Shown in pieces: positions 31,820 through 42,332 of a stretch of DNA of 64,000 bases (its first letter is position 1; each line of letters opens with the position of its first letter). A program made the position numbers and the translations under genes. The notes under the pieces are model-generated. The model searched no databases and was not told the DNA's origin. It saw only the letters and a program-made list of their open reading frames with translations. The stretch is from Kofleriaceae bacterium (lineage in GTDB: Bacteria; Myxococcota_A; Polyangia; Haliangiales; Haliangiaceae): positions 288,001-352,000 of the forward strand of contig CBDCCZ010000004.1 of assembly GCA_965215005.1 (NCBI GenBank), in the 5' to 3' direction.

Positions 31820-33427
31820 TCAGGAGAGAGTATCGCCGGCGGGCTGCTCTGGGCACTCGCGGGCGGCGAGCCAGGCGCGTGGCAGGAGCTCAGGGGCGCG
31901 GCTCATCATCCAGCCGTTAGCGACTTTGTCGATGACATCGGCGAGGTAGTCGTAGGGGTTGACGCCGTCGATCTCGCACTGGAGAACGAGCGAGAGGAGG
32001 ATGGCAAAGCGCTGACCTGCCTCGATGCTGCCGACGAAGAGGCAGTTTTTGCGGAAGATGCCGACGGTGCGCAGCCGGCGCTCGACGTGGGCGTTGGAGA
32101 TGGGCAGCGAGCCATCGGTAAGAAAGACCTCGAGTGTTGGCAGCTGGCGTTGAAAGTAGACGACGGCTTTGCCCAATGGACTCTTGCTGCCTGCTTGCGG
32201 CGCGAGTTTGGCAACGGCCTCTGTGAGCCGCTTCCAGGTCGGCACCGACGCGGCAGCGCGCAGCGTGCCCCGCCCCACGTCATCTAACCCGCGCTCTTTA
32301 GCCTCGCGTTCGATGGCGTAGAGTGCTTTGTAGATGTCGACGATCGGCTGAGCTCGTCGATCGCCTTGCTCGAGCGCGGCCACGAATTTGCGGCGTGCAT
32401 GGTCGTTGCAGCCGACGCGGATAGGTCCACCTTCGCGGGCGAATAGCGGATTGATGCCGCCATAGCCGTCGCCTTCGATGCTGCCGGAAAAACTAGAAAG
32501 CACAGCGCGAGGGTGCTTTCCTTTCCAGTCTTCGCTGAATTCAGCGTAAGCGATACGACTGATGTCGCCAAGGTAAAGCCATTGACGGCCGCGCACCATC
32601 GTCTTGCCGCTTGGCGAGCCGCGGCCTTGTGCCTTGAGCGGTGTGTCGTCCAAACTGATGAGTCTAGACTTTAGAAGCTCTGTTCGCAGGAGCGGATGGA
32701 GAAACGCCAGCATGCGTGCCGTCTCGCCGAACCAGTCGTTGAGGGTCGAAATAGCTAGATTTGCACCATGGCGGCGGAGTCCGCGGGCAATACGCTCGAT
32801 CGGCAGACCATCGAGCACTTTGCCAACCACCAAATGGGCAAGCAAGCTGGCTGACGCCATGCTACCGGAGATGGGCTTTGCAGGCAGTTGAGGCGGCGCC
32901 GTTACGATGCCGTCGTCGCAGCGCCGACATGCGTACTTGAAGCGGTGCTCTTCCAGCTTATAGAGCTGCGCCGGCTGAAAGATGATGCGCCGCTGGATAT
33001 CTGGCGGCAGCTCCGCTCGCGTCTTGCCGCACGAGCCGCAGTTACGCTCGTCGCCAGTGAGGCGTGCTTCGACCACCTCGACACGTAGCTCCTTGCCACG
33101 ACGCACTCGCTTCTGTTTTGGCTTTGCCGGCGCGCTGCGTTCAACTTCCACTGGCTCCGGGGAAGTCACTTCGCGGTTGAAGGCGAGCACATTCAACAGA
33201 TCCAGCGCTAACTGTCCAGCGGGCACCGCTTCAGCCTTCTTGCGATATGGTGCGCCGATCAACCATCGCACGCGCTCGCTGAGCTCGGACACCTCGTCTC
33301 CGAGCGAGCTCAGCAGAGCAATGATGCGATCCACCGTCGCGCGTTCCGCGTCGCTCACCTTGTCTCGAAGCGCATCGAGCGCCTCAAGTGCCTCGTGAAC
33401 CTCTGTGCGCGCTGCCGTCACCTGCAC
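31820..33427 (-). CDS. tnpC: IS66 transposase TnpC
   Basis: Zn-finger CGSCG...YACRRC, LDDTP, GDGYGG, GCNDHARRKF, ISNAHVERRLR, GVNPYDYL, ELLP. Confidence 0.93.
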   Translation of the reverse strand: MQVTAARTEVHEALEALDALRDKVSDAERATVDRIIALLSSLGDEVSELSERVRWLIGAPYRKKAEAVPAGQLALDLLNVLAFNREVTSPEPVEVERSAPAKPKQKRVRRGKELRVEVVEARLTGDERNCGSCGKTRAELPPDIQRRIIFQPAQLYKLEEHRFKYACRRCDDGIVTAPPQLPAKPISGSMASASLLAHLVVGKVLDGLPIERIARGLRRHGANLAISTLNDWFGETARMLAFLHPLLRTELLKSRLISLDDTPLKAQGRGSPSGKTMVRGRQWLYLGDISRIAYAEFSEDWKGKHPRAVLSSFSGSIEGDGYGGINPLFAREGGPIRVGCNDHARRKFVAALEQGDRRAQPIVDIYKALYAIEREAKERGLDDVGRGTLRAAASVPTWKRLTEAVAKLAPQAGSKSPLGKAVVYFQRQLPTLEVFLTDGSLPISNAHVERRLRTVGIFRKNCLFVGSIEAGQRFAILLSLVLQCEIDGVNPYDYLADVIDKVANGWMMSRAPELLPRAWLAARECPEQPAGDTLS

Positions 33428-33455
33428 TCTTCGCTAGCAGGCGGCGGATCGAAGT

Positions 33456-33794
33456 TCAAGTGCTTTGCGACATCTCTTGCACCAACTCAGCGCGCGTAAG
33501 CAGTCGACTTAGCTCCGCTTGCGTTATCTCAGCAGCGCATTGATCATTTTTGATCGAAAGGCGCATCTGAAACGTGCCCTTCACCAGCCGCTTGCTCAGT
33601 AAGCAGTACCCGCCTTGATCAAAGAACAAGATCTTGATCATATCGCCGCGACGGTTGCGAAACAGATACAGGTCGCCACCTTCTGGCTCCCGCTCGAGCT
33701 GTTCGCGCACCAGCGTCGACAGCCCATCCATCTGCTTGCGCATGTCACACGGCGACGCATACGCAAAGACGCGCGCGGCACGGTTACTCAGCAT
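33456..33794 (-). CDS. tnpB: IS66 accessory protein TnpB
   Basis: DMRKQMDGL...LYLFRNRRGDMIKILFFD..G..LLSKRL..GTF. Confidence 0.92.
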   Translation of the reverse strand: MLSNRAARVFAYASPCDMRKQMDGLSTLVREQLEREPEGGDLYLFRNRRGDMIKILFFDQGGYCLLSKRLVKGTFQMRLSIKNDQCAAEITQAELSRLLTRAELVQEMSQST

Positions 33795-34173
33795 GGTCGC
33801 CTCCCAAGACTGCCATCCAAGGCCGTAGCGACACCGCATTCCAGTCGCCACGAAACACCATCGTTGCGCCAGTTCGCAGCGTGACCTCGACCTGCCGCCG
33901 ATCCATCGTCTGCTCTGGCTCATCCACCACCAGGACCGGCACGAAGCCGCCCGTTCCCGCCATCGATCTTGCAAGCGGCTCCGCGCCAAGCCTCTTGCGC
34001 CAATACTGAATTCGGTGCGACGCGACCCCTGTTCGGCGCGAATAGCCGGCGTCACTTTCGCCGCTAGCCGCCAACTCCTCCAACATCGCCGCTCCCTCCG
34101 CCGCGCTCCACCGCGCACGACCGCCCAGCGGGGCAGCTGATTGGCCCTGATCTCGCTCTCGTTGATGCTTCAT
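33784..34173 (-). CDS. tnpA: IS66 accessory protein TnpA (HTH)
   Basis: SGESDAGYSRRTGVASHRIQYWRKRL...GFVPV; overlaps the tnpB start. Confidence 0.85.
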   Translation of the reverse strand: MKHQRERDQGQSAAPLGGRARWSAAEGAAMLEELAASGESDAGYSRRTGVASHRIQYWRKRLGAEPLARSMAGTGGFVPVLVVDEPEQTMDRRQVEVTLRTGATMVFRGDWNAVSLRPWMAVLGGDHAE

Positions 34174-34509
34174 GCCCTCCTACTGACCATGAAGCCGCGC
34201 ATCGCAGTAGGTGCGGACTGTCGGGCGGATACCAACGGGCGTTGGATAATCCTCCCCAGGATTATTTCTCTGTGCGTGTCGTTCTTCTCGCCGGTGGCGA
34301 GGAAGTCGGCAACGCCGGAATGGCCGTCGATGCTGACCTGGATCGCACCACAGGTGTCCTCCGTGTGCAGCCCGGCTCTAAGGCGAGTGTGGGCCTGATG
34401 CTGAGTCGGGACACGGTGCCGTCGTTCCGGATCGTGGTCATCGAGACGTCGACCGACATGGTTCTCGTGCAGACCCCAGAGATCCCGGTGAAGCTAGGAA
34501 TCTAGTGAA

Positions 34510-36549
34510 ATGAATGAGCAAATGCCACAGAGGGATCTTCTTGACGACAAAGTTAACCGCGTCTTCGCTGGTAAGGTCGTCCGCAAGGACCTGGTCCGGA
34601 AGGTCAAGGTCGGCGCCAACGTGCCGGTGTTCGTGCTCGAGTATCTGCTCGGCAAGTATTGCGCCTCCAGTGACGAGATGGCCATCCAGATGGGCCTTCA
34701 GGTCGTCAATGACACGCTGGCCGACAACTACATTCGGCCGGACGAGAGCACCAAGGCGCAGAGCAAGGTTAAGGAAGCGGGCAAGCACACCTTCATCGAC
34801 AAGGTGAAGGTCCGTCTCGTTGATTCGCAATATTGGGCCGAGGTCACCAACTTCGGCCATAAGTACGTGCACGTCCCCGACCATTACGTTCGCGACTTCG
34901 ACCGGCTGCTCACCGGTGGCATCTGGGCCCAGGTCGACATGCGCTTCGAATACGACGAGGAAACGAAGGGCAAGTATCCCTTCTGGATCGATAAGCTCAC
35001 GCCGATCCAGCTTGCGACCTTCGACCTCGAGGACTACCGCAACCTTCGCAGCGAGTTCACCACCGACGAGTGGCTCGACCTCATGGTGCGCAGCATGGGC
35101 TACGAGCCTGCTGTCATGGAGCGGCGCCTCAAGCTCCTGTTCCTCACCCGGCTCATTCCGCTGTGCGAGCGCAACTACAACCTGGTCGAGCTCGGACCTC
35201 GCGGCACCGGCAAGAGCTACGCGGTCCAGGAAATCTCGCCGTACTCAGCACTGCTGACCGGGCCCACCACGGTCGCCAATCTCTTCGGTCAACAGCAGGG
35301 CCGCTATAAGGGCATGGTCCAGATCTGGGACGCCATCGGCTTCGACGAGGTCGCCGACCTGCAGAAGATGCCGAAGGAAGTCATAACCACGATGAAGACC
35401 TACTGCGAGTCGGGCCAGTTCCAGCGTGGCCAGGAAGCGATGGCCGGCTACGCCAGCATCGCGATGTTCGGCAACACTCAACAGCCCATCGACGTGATGG
35501 TCCAGACCGGACACCTCTTCGCGCCCATGCCCGACGTTATTCGCGATGACATGGCCTTCATCGACCGCCTCCACTTCTACCTCCCGGGCTGGGAAGTGCC
35601 GAAGATGCGGAACGAGCATTTCACGAACCACTACGGATTCGTCGTCGACTACCTCGCCGAGGCCCTCCGCGACCTGCGCAAACACAACTATACCGAGATC
35701 ATCGACCACCACTTCGGCCTCGGCACGCATCTCAACGCTCGCGACCGCAAAGCAGTGCGACGCACCGTCTCTGGCCTTGTGAAGATCCTGCACCCGCACG
35801 GGCAGGTCTCCAGGAACGACATGGAGGAGCTCCTGACCCTCGCGCTCGAGGGCCGCCGACGCGTCAAGGAGCAGCTCAAGAAGATGGGCTCCTTCGAGTA
35901 CTACCAAACCTCCTTCAGTTACCAAGTCAGCGAGACCGGCGAAGAGAGGTTCGTCGGCGTGCCCGAGCAGGGCGGCAAGGACCTCATCTCGCCCGATCCC
36001 CTGGCCCCCGGAACCATCTACAGCGCGTCGGTAAGCGGCGACGGCACCGTCGGCATGTACCGGCTCGAGCTCACCACCTCATCCGGCAGCGGCAAGCTCA
36101 AGCCCGCCGGCGGCATCTCCGGCGCGTTGAAGGAATCCATCAACCGCGCCTTCAGCTACCTACTCGCCAACAAGGGCTCCTTCGGCGTCGCCCGCGAAGT
36201 AGACACCTCCGACTTTCACGTCGAGGTCATCGACCTCCTCGGCAACAAGGTCGAGGCCGAGCTCGGCGTCGCCTTCTTCGTCGCCGCCTACTCGATGCTC
36301 CGCAAGGCGCCACCGCAACCCGGCCTCCTCGTCCTCGGCGACATGAGCGTCCAGGGCAACGTCAAACCCGTGCGCTCCCTCACCGAGCCGCTCCAAGTCG
36401 CCATGGACAACGGCGCCAAACGAGCCCTCATCCCGATCGAAAACAAGCGCCAGTTCCTCGAGGTAAATGCGGACGTCCTCGAGCACGTGGACCCCGTCTT
36501 CTACGGTGACCTGCGACAGGCGGCGTTCAAGGCCCTGGGGCTGAACTAG
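34510..36549 (+). CDS. brxL: BREX Lon-like protein BrxL
   Basis: GKVVRKDL, ANVPVFVLEYLLGKYC, ELGPRGTGKS, FDEVA, AFIDRLHFYLPGWEVPK, LEGRRRVKEQLKK; Lon C-terminal domain. Confidence 0.95.
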   Translation: MNEQMPQRDLLDDKVNRVFAGKVVRKDLVRKVKVGANVPVFVLEYLLGKYCASSDEMAIQMGLQVVNDTLADNYIRPDESTKAQSKVKEAGKHTFIDKVKVRLVDSQYWAEVTNFGHKYVHVPDHYVRDFDRLLTGGIWAQVDMRFEYDEETKGKYPFWIDKLTPIQLATFDLEDYRNLRSEFTTDEWLDLMVRSMGYEPAVMERRLKLLFLTRLIPLCERNYNLVELGPRGTGKSYAVQEISPYSALLTGPTTVANLFGQQQGRYKGMVQIWDAIGFDEVADLQKMPKEVITTMKTYCESGQFQRGQEAMAGYASIAMFGNTQQPIDVMVQTGHLFAPMPDVIRDDMAFIDRLHFYLPGWEVPKMRNEHFTNHYGFVVDYLAEALRDLRKHNYTEIIDHHFGLGTHLNARDRKAVRRTVSGLVKILHPHGQVSRNDMEELLTLALEGRRRVKEQLKKMGSFEYYQTSFSYQVSETGEERFVGVPEQGGKDLISPDPLAPGTIYSASVSGDGTVGMYRLELTTSSGSGKLKPAGGISGALKESINRAFSYLLANKGSFGVAREVDTSDFHVEVIDLLGNKVEAELGVAFFVAAYSMLRKAPPQPGLLVLGDMSVQGNVKPVRSLTEPLQVAMDNGAKRALIPIENKRQFLEVNADVLEHVDPVFYGDLRQAAFKALGLN

Positions 36550-36558
36550 GGAGATACC

Positions 36559-37866
36559 ATGGTCAAGAAGCCTCTCACGCCCGATCCGGGTGCCAACGCG
36601 TCAGCCATACCGAGCGCTGCCCCGGAAGAGCAGACTATCTGTGCTAGGCGGGGCGGCCAGTGGCTGTCGCCTGACGACCTGCAGGCGCAGCTGGCATGCC
36701 TCCTTCGGCTCGACAATATTGGCGTACTCCTGGGCTCGGGCGCATCCATGGGAACGCTGGGCGGCATGACGATTGCGAGGCTGTGGGAACACTTCGAGTC
36801 GACCTATGGAGACAGCGCGAAGTGGCTTCAGGACAACGGGTTCACGGAAGCGGGGGACGCTCCAAACGTCGAGCAACTGGCCGACGCCATCGAAGTCGCT
36901 GCGCTCGAGTGGCGACGTGCGAAGAATACGGAGCTTTCCAAGCTACTGGGCGCGCAAGCCGACCTTGCCCGGGCCGTGATCCATGCGGCGCTTCTTCAAC
37001 AGAAGTGGTGGGAGGAGCCAGCGCTCGTGGATGTGGACGTTCCCGAACTGAAGCATCACCGCGCCCTCCTCCAGAAGCTGACCGCAGCGAGGCAACCAGG
37101 GCAGCCTGCGCCGTGGGTCTTCACCACGAACTACGACCTGGCCGTCGAATGGGCCGCGGAGTCGATTAACCTCAAGGTCATCAACGGCTTCGACGGTCTT
37201 CACCGTCGAGTCTTTTCGCCGCACAATTTCGATCTGGGGTGGCGAAACGTGCTGGCTCGCGGTGAGGCAAGATTCGGCACGTATCATGTGTACCTAGCGA
37301 AGGTGCACGGCTCGCTTTCCTGGCACAGCGAGGAAGACGGTACCGTTGTCGAACTACCCGCGTCAGCGCGCTGGGCCGTATTTGACAAGCTCTTCCAAGG
37401 CGACACGAGCAAGGCGGCTGGGTTGCTCGTTCTGCCGAGCGCTGCGAAGTACATGCAGACCGTAGGCTTCGCTCTCGGCGAGCTGTTCAGACGGCTCGCC
37501 GAGTTCCTTGCCCGTCCGCAAACGGCAATCGTCACGAATGGCTACTCGTTTTCCGACGACCACCTCAACAGGTTGCTCATCACTGCGCTGCAGAACCCCA
37601 CGCTTCAACTCGTAATGTACCTGCCGGAGGCTCGGCGCGACGGCGACAATCTCGACCTCTCGGGCTGCTCGCCGTGGGCACGGAAAGTCCTAGCCCTCGA
37701 GTCTCCTCAAGTGACCATCGTGGGCGGCGGTGCTGATGCGTACTTCGACGCGATGACTCGACAGCTTCCAGATCCGGCTGTGTACGACGAGCAGGCTGCG
37801 CGGATGCGCTCCATCGTGAGGGAGCTTGGAACAGCGGCTAGGTCCGACCAGCAGAGACAAGCATGA
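36559..37866 (+). CDS. SIR2-family (SIR2_2) NADase of a Sir2-HerA defence pair
   Basis: VLLGSGAS, FTTNYD, KVHGSL, GYSFSDDHLN; RBS GGAGA within the 9-nt gap after the brxL stop. Confidence 0.9.
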   Translation: MVKKPLTPDPGANASAIPSAAPEEQTICARRGGQWLSPDDLQAQLACLLRLDNIGVLLGSGASMGTLGGMTIARLWEHFESTYGDSAKWLQDNGFTEAGDAPNVEQLADAIEVAALEWRRAKNTELSKLLGAQADLARAVIHAALLQQKWWEEPALVDVDVPELKHHRALLQKLTAARQPGQPAPWVFTTNYDLAVEWAAESINLKVINGFDGLHRRVFSPHNFDLGWRNVLARGEARFGTYHVYLAKVHGSLSWHSEEDGTVVELPASARWAVFDKLFQGDTSKAAGLLVLPSAAKYMQTVGFALGELFRRLAEFLARPQTAIVTNGYSFSDDHLNRLLITALQNPTLQLVMYLPEARRDGDNLDLSGCSPWARKVLALESPQVTIVGGGADAYFDAMTRQLPDPAVYDEQAARMRSIVRELGTAARSDQQRQA

Positions 37867-39608
37867 AGACCCGCGAGTCGTTCGCATATGTGGTTGGTGT
37901 CGAGGGGGCCAACGTTCGATTAAATCTTCTCGATGCGCATCGCGGGCACGTCGCGGCACATCGAGACGGTGTCTCGTCCGTCACGGATATCGGCGGCTTG
38001 TTCGGGGTCGATGCCGGAATTCGGCTCCTGCTCTTGCGGGTGAAGAGTCTCTCGTTCGCTGAGCCGCGAGAGGCACACCGCGCTGGGGTTGGCTCAACAC
38101 ACAGCGCGGGTGAACCGCTGCGGCACGTCGAAGCCATCGTCGTCGGCACGATTTGCCGACGAGATTCGGGCCTGACCTTCACCGCGGACTCGCTGGTTTC
38201 GCCGTCCCTTGGTGCCGAGGCATATCCGCTGTCTCAGGAGGAACTCGCCTGTGTGCTTCGCACCGAGGCAAACAAAGGCCCGGATGTCAGTATCGGACTC
38301 GACACGAGGGGTGGGGGCAACCTCCGGTGCGATCTCTCCGAAATGCTTGGGCGCCATGTCGCTGTGCTTGGCAGCACGGGGCAAGGTAAGAGCTGCTTCA
38401 CCGCAGCCGTACTGCAGCAGTTGACGCGGCTCCGCGCACCTCGAATCGTGGTGTTCGACATCAACGGCGAGTACGAGACAGCGCTCGCTCCGCACCTTCC
38501 GGGCACCACTTTCAAGAAAACGGTGCTCGGCGGGAGCAACTCGACGTTCACGATCCCGTACTACGCCCTCGGCCGCCACGGTCTGGCGCGGCTCTTCCTG
38601 CCCAGCGAGAAAACGCAGAGGCCCGCTCTTACGTTCGCGCTTGAGCACCTAGGCGCGGTGAAGTGGTTTCCCACGGAACAGGGTGCCGGCCTCGTAAGTT
38701 CGAATAGCCCGGCTCTGTTTGACGATGGGCGCCCAGGAGATGCCAGCGCCGCCTGGAAGGCGATCGACATCCTCCGACGAGGGGCGGGGCACGGTGCGAC
38801 GGAGTGGCCTAACATGGGAGCGCTCGCTTGCCTGGTCGCCGAGAGCCACTCGCTGAAGCAGGTGAACAGGGGGGGCTCGACGATCTACGAACGTGATGCC
38901 TTCCACTACAGCAACGTCGCACCGTTGGTGACGCGGATCCGTCGGTGCATGGACGACCCGTTGTTTACCTCAGTCGTGAATATCGGGGGTGGGCCACCAA
39001 AGCAGGCCGGCGTCCTCGATTGGAATGCTGAGGGTGCGGCGCTTTGCGACGAGGTGTTCGGTGCCCAGGACGCTGAGTGGAAGGTCCACCTCGTCGACCT
39101 CCGGCGTGTGGCACACGATCTGTTGCCGCTTGTCCTTGGTTCTCTCCTTGAGCTCCTGGCTTTTCAGCTATTTCACCGGGGCCAGGCGAACACGTACCCG
39201 ACGATGCTCGTGCTTGAGGAGGCGCACCACTACCTACGCCAATTCGCCGAAGGCGGTGAGGAGGCCCGTCGCAACGGCCTTGCGTACGAGCGACTCGCGA
39301 AGGAGGGGCGGAAGTTCGGACTGAGCCTCTGGCTCAGCACGCAACGCCCCTCGGAGGTCTCCAACACGGTCCTGGCCCAATGTGGCACGTGGGTGGTCTT
39401 TCGCCTCACGTCGGAGCAAGACCTGAAATCGGTAGGCTCCGCTGGGGAATGGGTGGACCGACACGAGTTGAAACGGATCTCGGGGCTGCCGAGGCAGCAA
39501 GCCGTTGTCTTCGGCTCCAGCGTCACCATGCCGGTGCGAGTAATCGCCCCGCGGGCAGAACCGCTCCCGAAGTCCGCTGATCCCGACTTCAGCAGATGGT
39601 CCGGGTGA
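37863..39608 (+). CDS. herA: HerA-family ATPase of a Sir2-HerA pair
   Basis: N-terminal beta-barrel-like region, RHVAVLGSTGQGKS, FDINGEY, LEEAHHY, AKEGRKFG, TQRPSE; ATGA overlap with sir2. Confidence 0.92.
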   Translation: MKTRESFAYVVGVEGANVRLNLLDAHRGHVAAHRDGVSSVTDIGGLFGVDAGIRLLLLRVKSLSFAEPREAHRAGVGSTHSAGEPLRHVEAIVVGTICRRDSGLTFTADSLVSPSLGAEAYPLSQEELACVLRTEANKGPDVSIGLDTRGGGNLRCDLSEMLGRHVAVLGSTGQGKSCFTAAVLQQLTRLRAPRIVVFDINGEYETALAPHLPGTTFKKTVLGGSNSTFTIPYYALGRHGLARLFLPSEKTQRPALTFALEHLGAVKWFPTEQGAGLVSSNSPALFDDGRPGDASAAWKAIDILRRGAGHGATEWPNMGALACLVAESHSLKQVNRGGSTIYERDAFHYSNVAPLVTRIRRCMDDPLFTSVVNIGGGPPKQAGVLDWNAEGAALCDEVFGAQDAEWKVHLVDLRRVAHDLLPLVLGSLLELLAFQLFHRGQANTYPTMLVLEEAHHYLRQFAEGGEEARRNGLAYERLAKEGRKFGLSLWLSTQRPSEVSNTVLAQCGTWVVFRLTSEQDLKSVGSAGEWVDRHELKRISGLPRQQAVVFGSSVTMPVRVIAPRAEPLPKSADPDFSRWSG

Positions 39609-39636
39609 ATGCTCGGCGCATGGATCGGGACAGTAG

Positions 39637-42308
39637 ATGCCGACGGCAATGTCCCAAGCGCGAAGTTCCCTCGCTCGTAGCCAGCGCGGCGCAAGCAATG
39701 CTCGCATCGCGCCGATTTCCTGCGAGCTCGAGCTGCGCGCCACCCTGGCCGAGAGCGATGGCGAGCCGGTCGCCATCTTGGTTCCGTACCTGGCCGAGCC
39801 GGTGCCGCCGGACATCGCTGGGATCCACCCGGTCACCGGCGAGCGTCGCCTGGCGCGCATCTTCGATGCCGCTGGCGCCCATCCCGCGCTGTTGCAGTCG
39901 CCGCTCAAGCAGGCGCTGTTGGCCCAGCCCGACAAGTTCGCCGGGCCGATCAGCGGCACCACGGTGAGCCTGGAGCTGGCCTGGCGGCGGTTTCTCGACC
40001 GCGAAGCCGGCTTGCCGCAGACCGAGGTGCTGTCGGTGCAGCACCTGGCCAAGTTGTGCGCCGAGGCGCCCGGTGGCGTCGAGTTTGGTCAGCGCTGGGT
40101 CTACGATGGGCCGCTGCGCGAGGCGTTGGCCAGATTTCTGGACTCGCAGGTCGGCGAGCTCGGCCGGCGGCTGTGGGCTGCCTGGGAGCAGGGCCGCGGC
40201 ACCGACATGGCCGCGTGGTCGCTATTGCTCGAGACCTTGGCGCCGCAGATTGCCGGCAGTGAGGTTTTGAAGACGTATCTGCCGGAGAAGCTGGCGTCGA
40301 TGGTGCCCGGCATCGATCTCGCCGATGATTTGGCGCTGCTCGCGCAATGGGGCGAGCTCGCCAAGAGCTTGCGCCTGCGCCTGGGTGAGACCGCCTTTGC
40401 GCGGCTGGCCGCTCAGGCCGATGGGCTCTTTCCCATTGAGACGCTCGCTGCTCAGCTTCTCGACAACCCGTATGTGCCGAGCTCGCTGGTCTGGGCCAAA
40501 GACCAGCTCGCCGCATCGCTCCGCGATGCCATGGCCTCGCTCACCGTCGAGCGCTTTGCCGCCGCCAAGGCCGACCTGCAGCGGCTCGAGGCCCACCGCC
40601 TCAAGGTCGACCCGGCGCACGTCTCCACGGTGCTGCGGGCGCGCATGGCGGTGCGGCTCTTGGCCTATCTCTGGCAGCGGCAAACCCGGCCGCCGAGCTC
40701 GGCGCCAGCGCACAAGACGCGAGCCTGGCGTTGGCCGAGCACTACGCTAGCGAAGGGGGCTTTGTCGACTACGCGCGCCGGCGCGCCCAAGGCGGCGGCA
40801 GCGGCGCGCTGGATGCCGCCATCGAGTCGGTCATCGCCCGCGTTCATGCGCTGCGCGACGCCGACGATGAGGGGTTTGCGCGCGGATTGCAGTCGTGGCT
40901 GCACGCCGGTCGGCCGCACGATCGCGTCGTGGCCATCGACAAGGCGCTCGACCGCTTTGCGGTGCGCTTCCTCGAAGGCGGCGCGCACCGCAAGCTCTTG
41001 GTGCTGCTCCTCGATGGACTGTCGTGGTCGGTGGCCGTCGAGCTGCTCTTGGATTTGGAAAGTCATGAGTATGGCCCAATCAAATGGCGACCGAGCGGCT
41101 ACCACGGCGCCGCGCCGCTGCCGCCGATGCTGGCGGCGTTTCCGACCATCACCGAGGTGAGCCGCAGCGCGTTCTTCGCCGGCGCGCCGATGCCAAGCGG
41201 CGCCTCGCACGCAACCAGCCGCGATCCGGATCGCTTCGAGGCTCACCGCGGCTTGAACAAGCTCCTCGGCGAGGGCCCGACGCTGCTCCTCAAGGGCGCG
41301 GCCGAAACCGCCACCGGCTTTGCGACCAGCGAGCTGCGCGAGCTTCTGCGTGGCGACGACCGCGTGGTCGGGGTGGTGGTCAACGCCGTCGACGACCACC
41401 TCAAGCTGACCATGAGCCTCGAGGTGGAATTTCGGCTTGAGTCGATTCGCGTGTTGGGCGAGGTGCTCGAGCTGGCCACCCACGAAGATCGCGCGGTGTT
41501 GGTGGTGGCCGATCACGGTCACGCCACCGGCGGGCGCATGGACTACCTCGCGCCCAAGACCAGCGAATGCGGCGCCCGCTGGCGCCTGCTCGATGACGGC
41601 GAGGAGCCGGGCGCGGGCGAAATCGCACTCGAAGGCGAGGGCGCTTGGAGCCCGCACAAGCGCCGGCGCGTGGCCATGCTCGCCACCGAAACCAAACGCT
41701 ACGTGAGCAGTAAGCACGCCGGCGAGCACGGCGGCGCCACCTTGGCCGAGGTGGTCGCGCCGGCGTTCTTCCTCGGCTCCGACCGCCTGGCGCAAAGCCC
41801 CACCTACGTTGGTGACGAAGACATGGAAGCCGGCGCGCTGGCGCCGCCGGTGTGGTGGGACTGCGAGTTAGCGCCCGAGCGTGCCGAGGCGCGGCCGGCG
41901 GCTCCGGCGCCGCGCGCCAAGAACGCCACCAAGAAATCCAAACCCGCGCCCAACCAAGTCGCCATGCCCTTCGCCGAGGCGCCGGTGGCCGAGGCGGCGG
42001 GCGCGAAGCCGAGCAAGGTCCGCCAAGCGATCGAGGCGAGCGAGCAGTTCGCCGGCCTCAACAAGCGAAAACGCGCCGAGCTCGACGCGGTGATAACGCA
42101 GCTCGAGGTCCTCCTCGATTACGGCGACGACGGCAAGCTGCCCGACGAGGTCTTCGCCCACCGCGTCGGCGTGCCCAAGCGCCAAGTCGAAGGCGTGGTC
42201 GCCCGCATCCGCGAATACCTCAACATCGATGGCTATGCAGTGGTGCGCTACGAAGCCCAGCAGGTCATCTTCGACCTCGAGCTCTTCCGCGAAATGTTCG
42301 AGGCCTAA
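39637..42308 (+). pseudogene. pglZ: BREX-2 type PglZ, N-terminus apparently clipped, frameshift near 40710
   Basis: Two overlapping ORFs (39637..41160, 40731..42308); HYASEGGFVDYAR, LLDGLSW, FPTITEVSR, VVNAVDDHL, VADHGH, GEHGGATLAEVVAP, LNIDGY; directly followed by brxD. Confidence 0.8.
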
Positions 42309-42332
42309 AAATCACCGAATGAGCGATTGTCG

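Larger units (their letters stand above)
31705..34232 (-). mobile_element. IS66-family insertion sequence (2528 bp)
   Basis: Terminal IRs GTAAGCGCCCGACAGCGCGCACCT / GTATCCGCCCGACAGTCCGCACCT (20/24 identical); 8-bp TSD CAACGGGC at 31697-31704 and 34233-34240; tnpA-tnpB-tnpC inside. Confidence 0.96.
29414..34505 (+). pseudogene. pglZ: BREX phosphatase PglZ interrupted by IS66 (segments 29414-31704 and 34241-34505)
   Basis: FFVDAMRFEMG, LPTITPVGMAALLP, VVTADHGH, FHHGSVSLQELVIP; removing the IS plus one TSD gives in-frame ...FFSEQRA-LDNPPQDYFSV...KLGI*, about 851 aa. Confidence 0.9.

Noticed and set aside
18090..39720. att sites or an integrase for the inner cassette
   Set aside because: No direct repeat seen between the two junctions by eye and no recombinase gene in the window.
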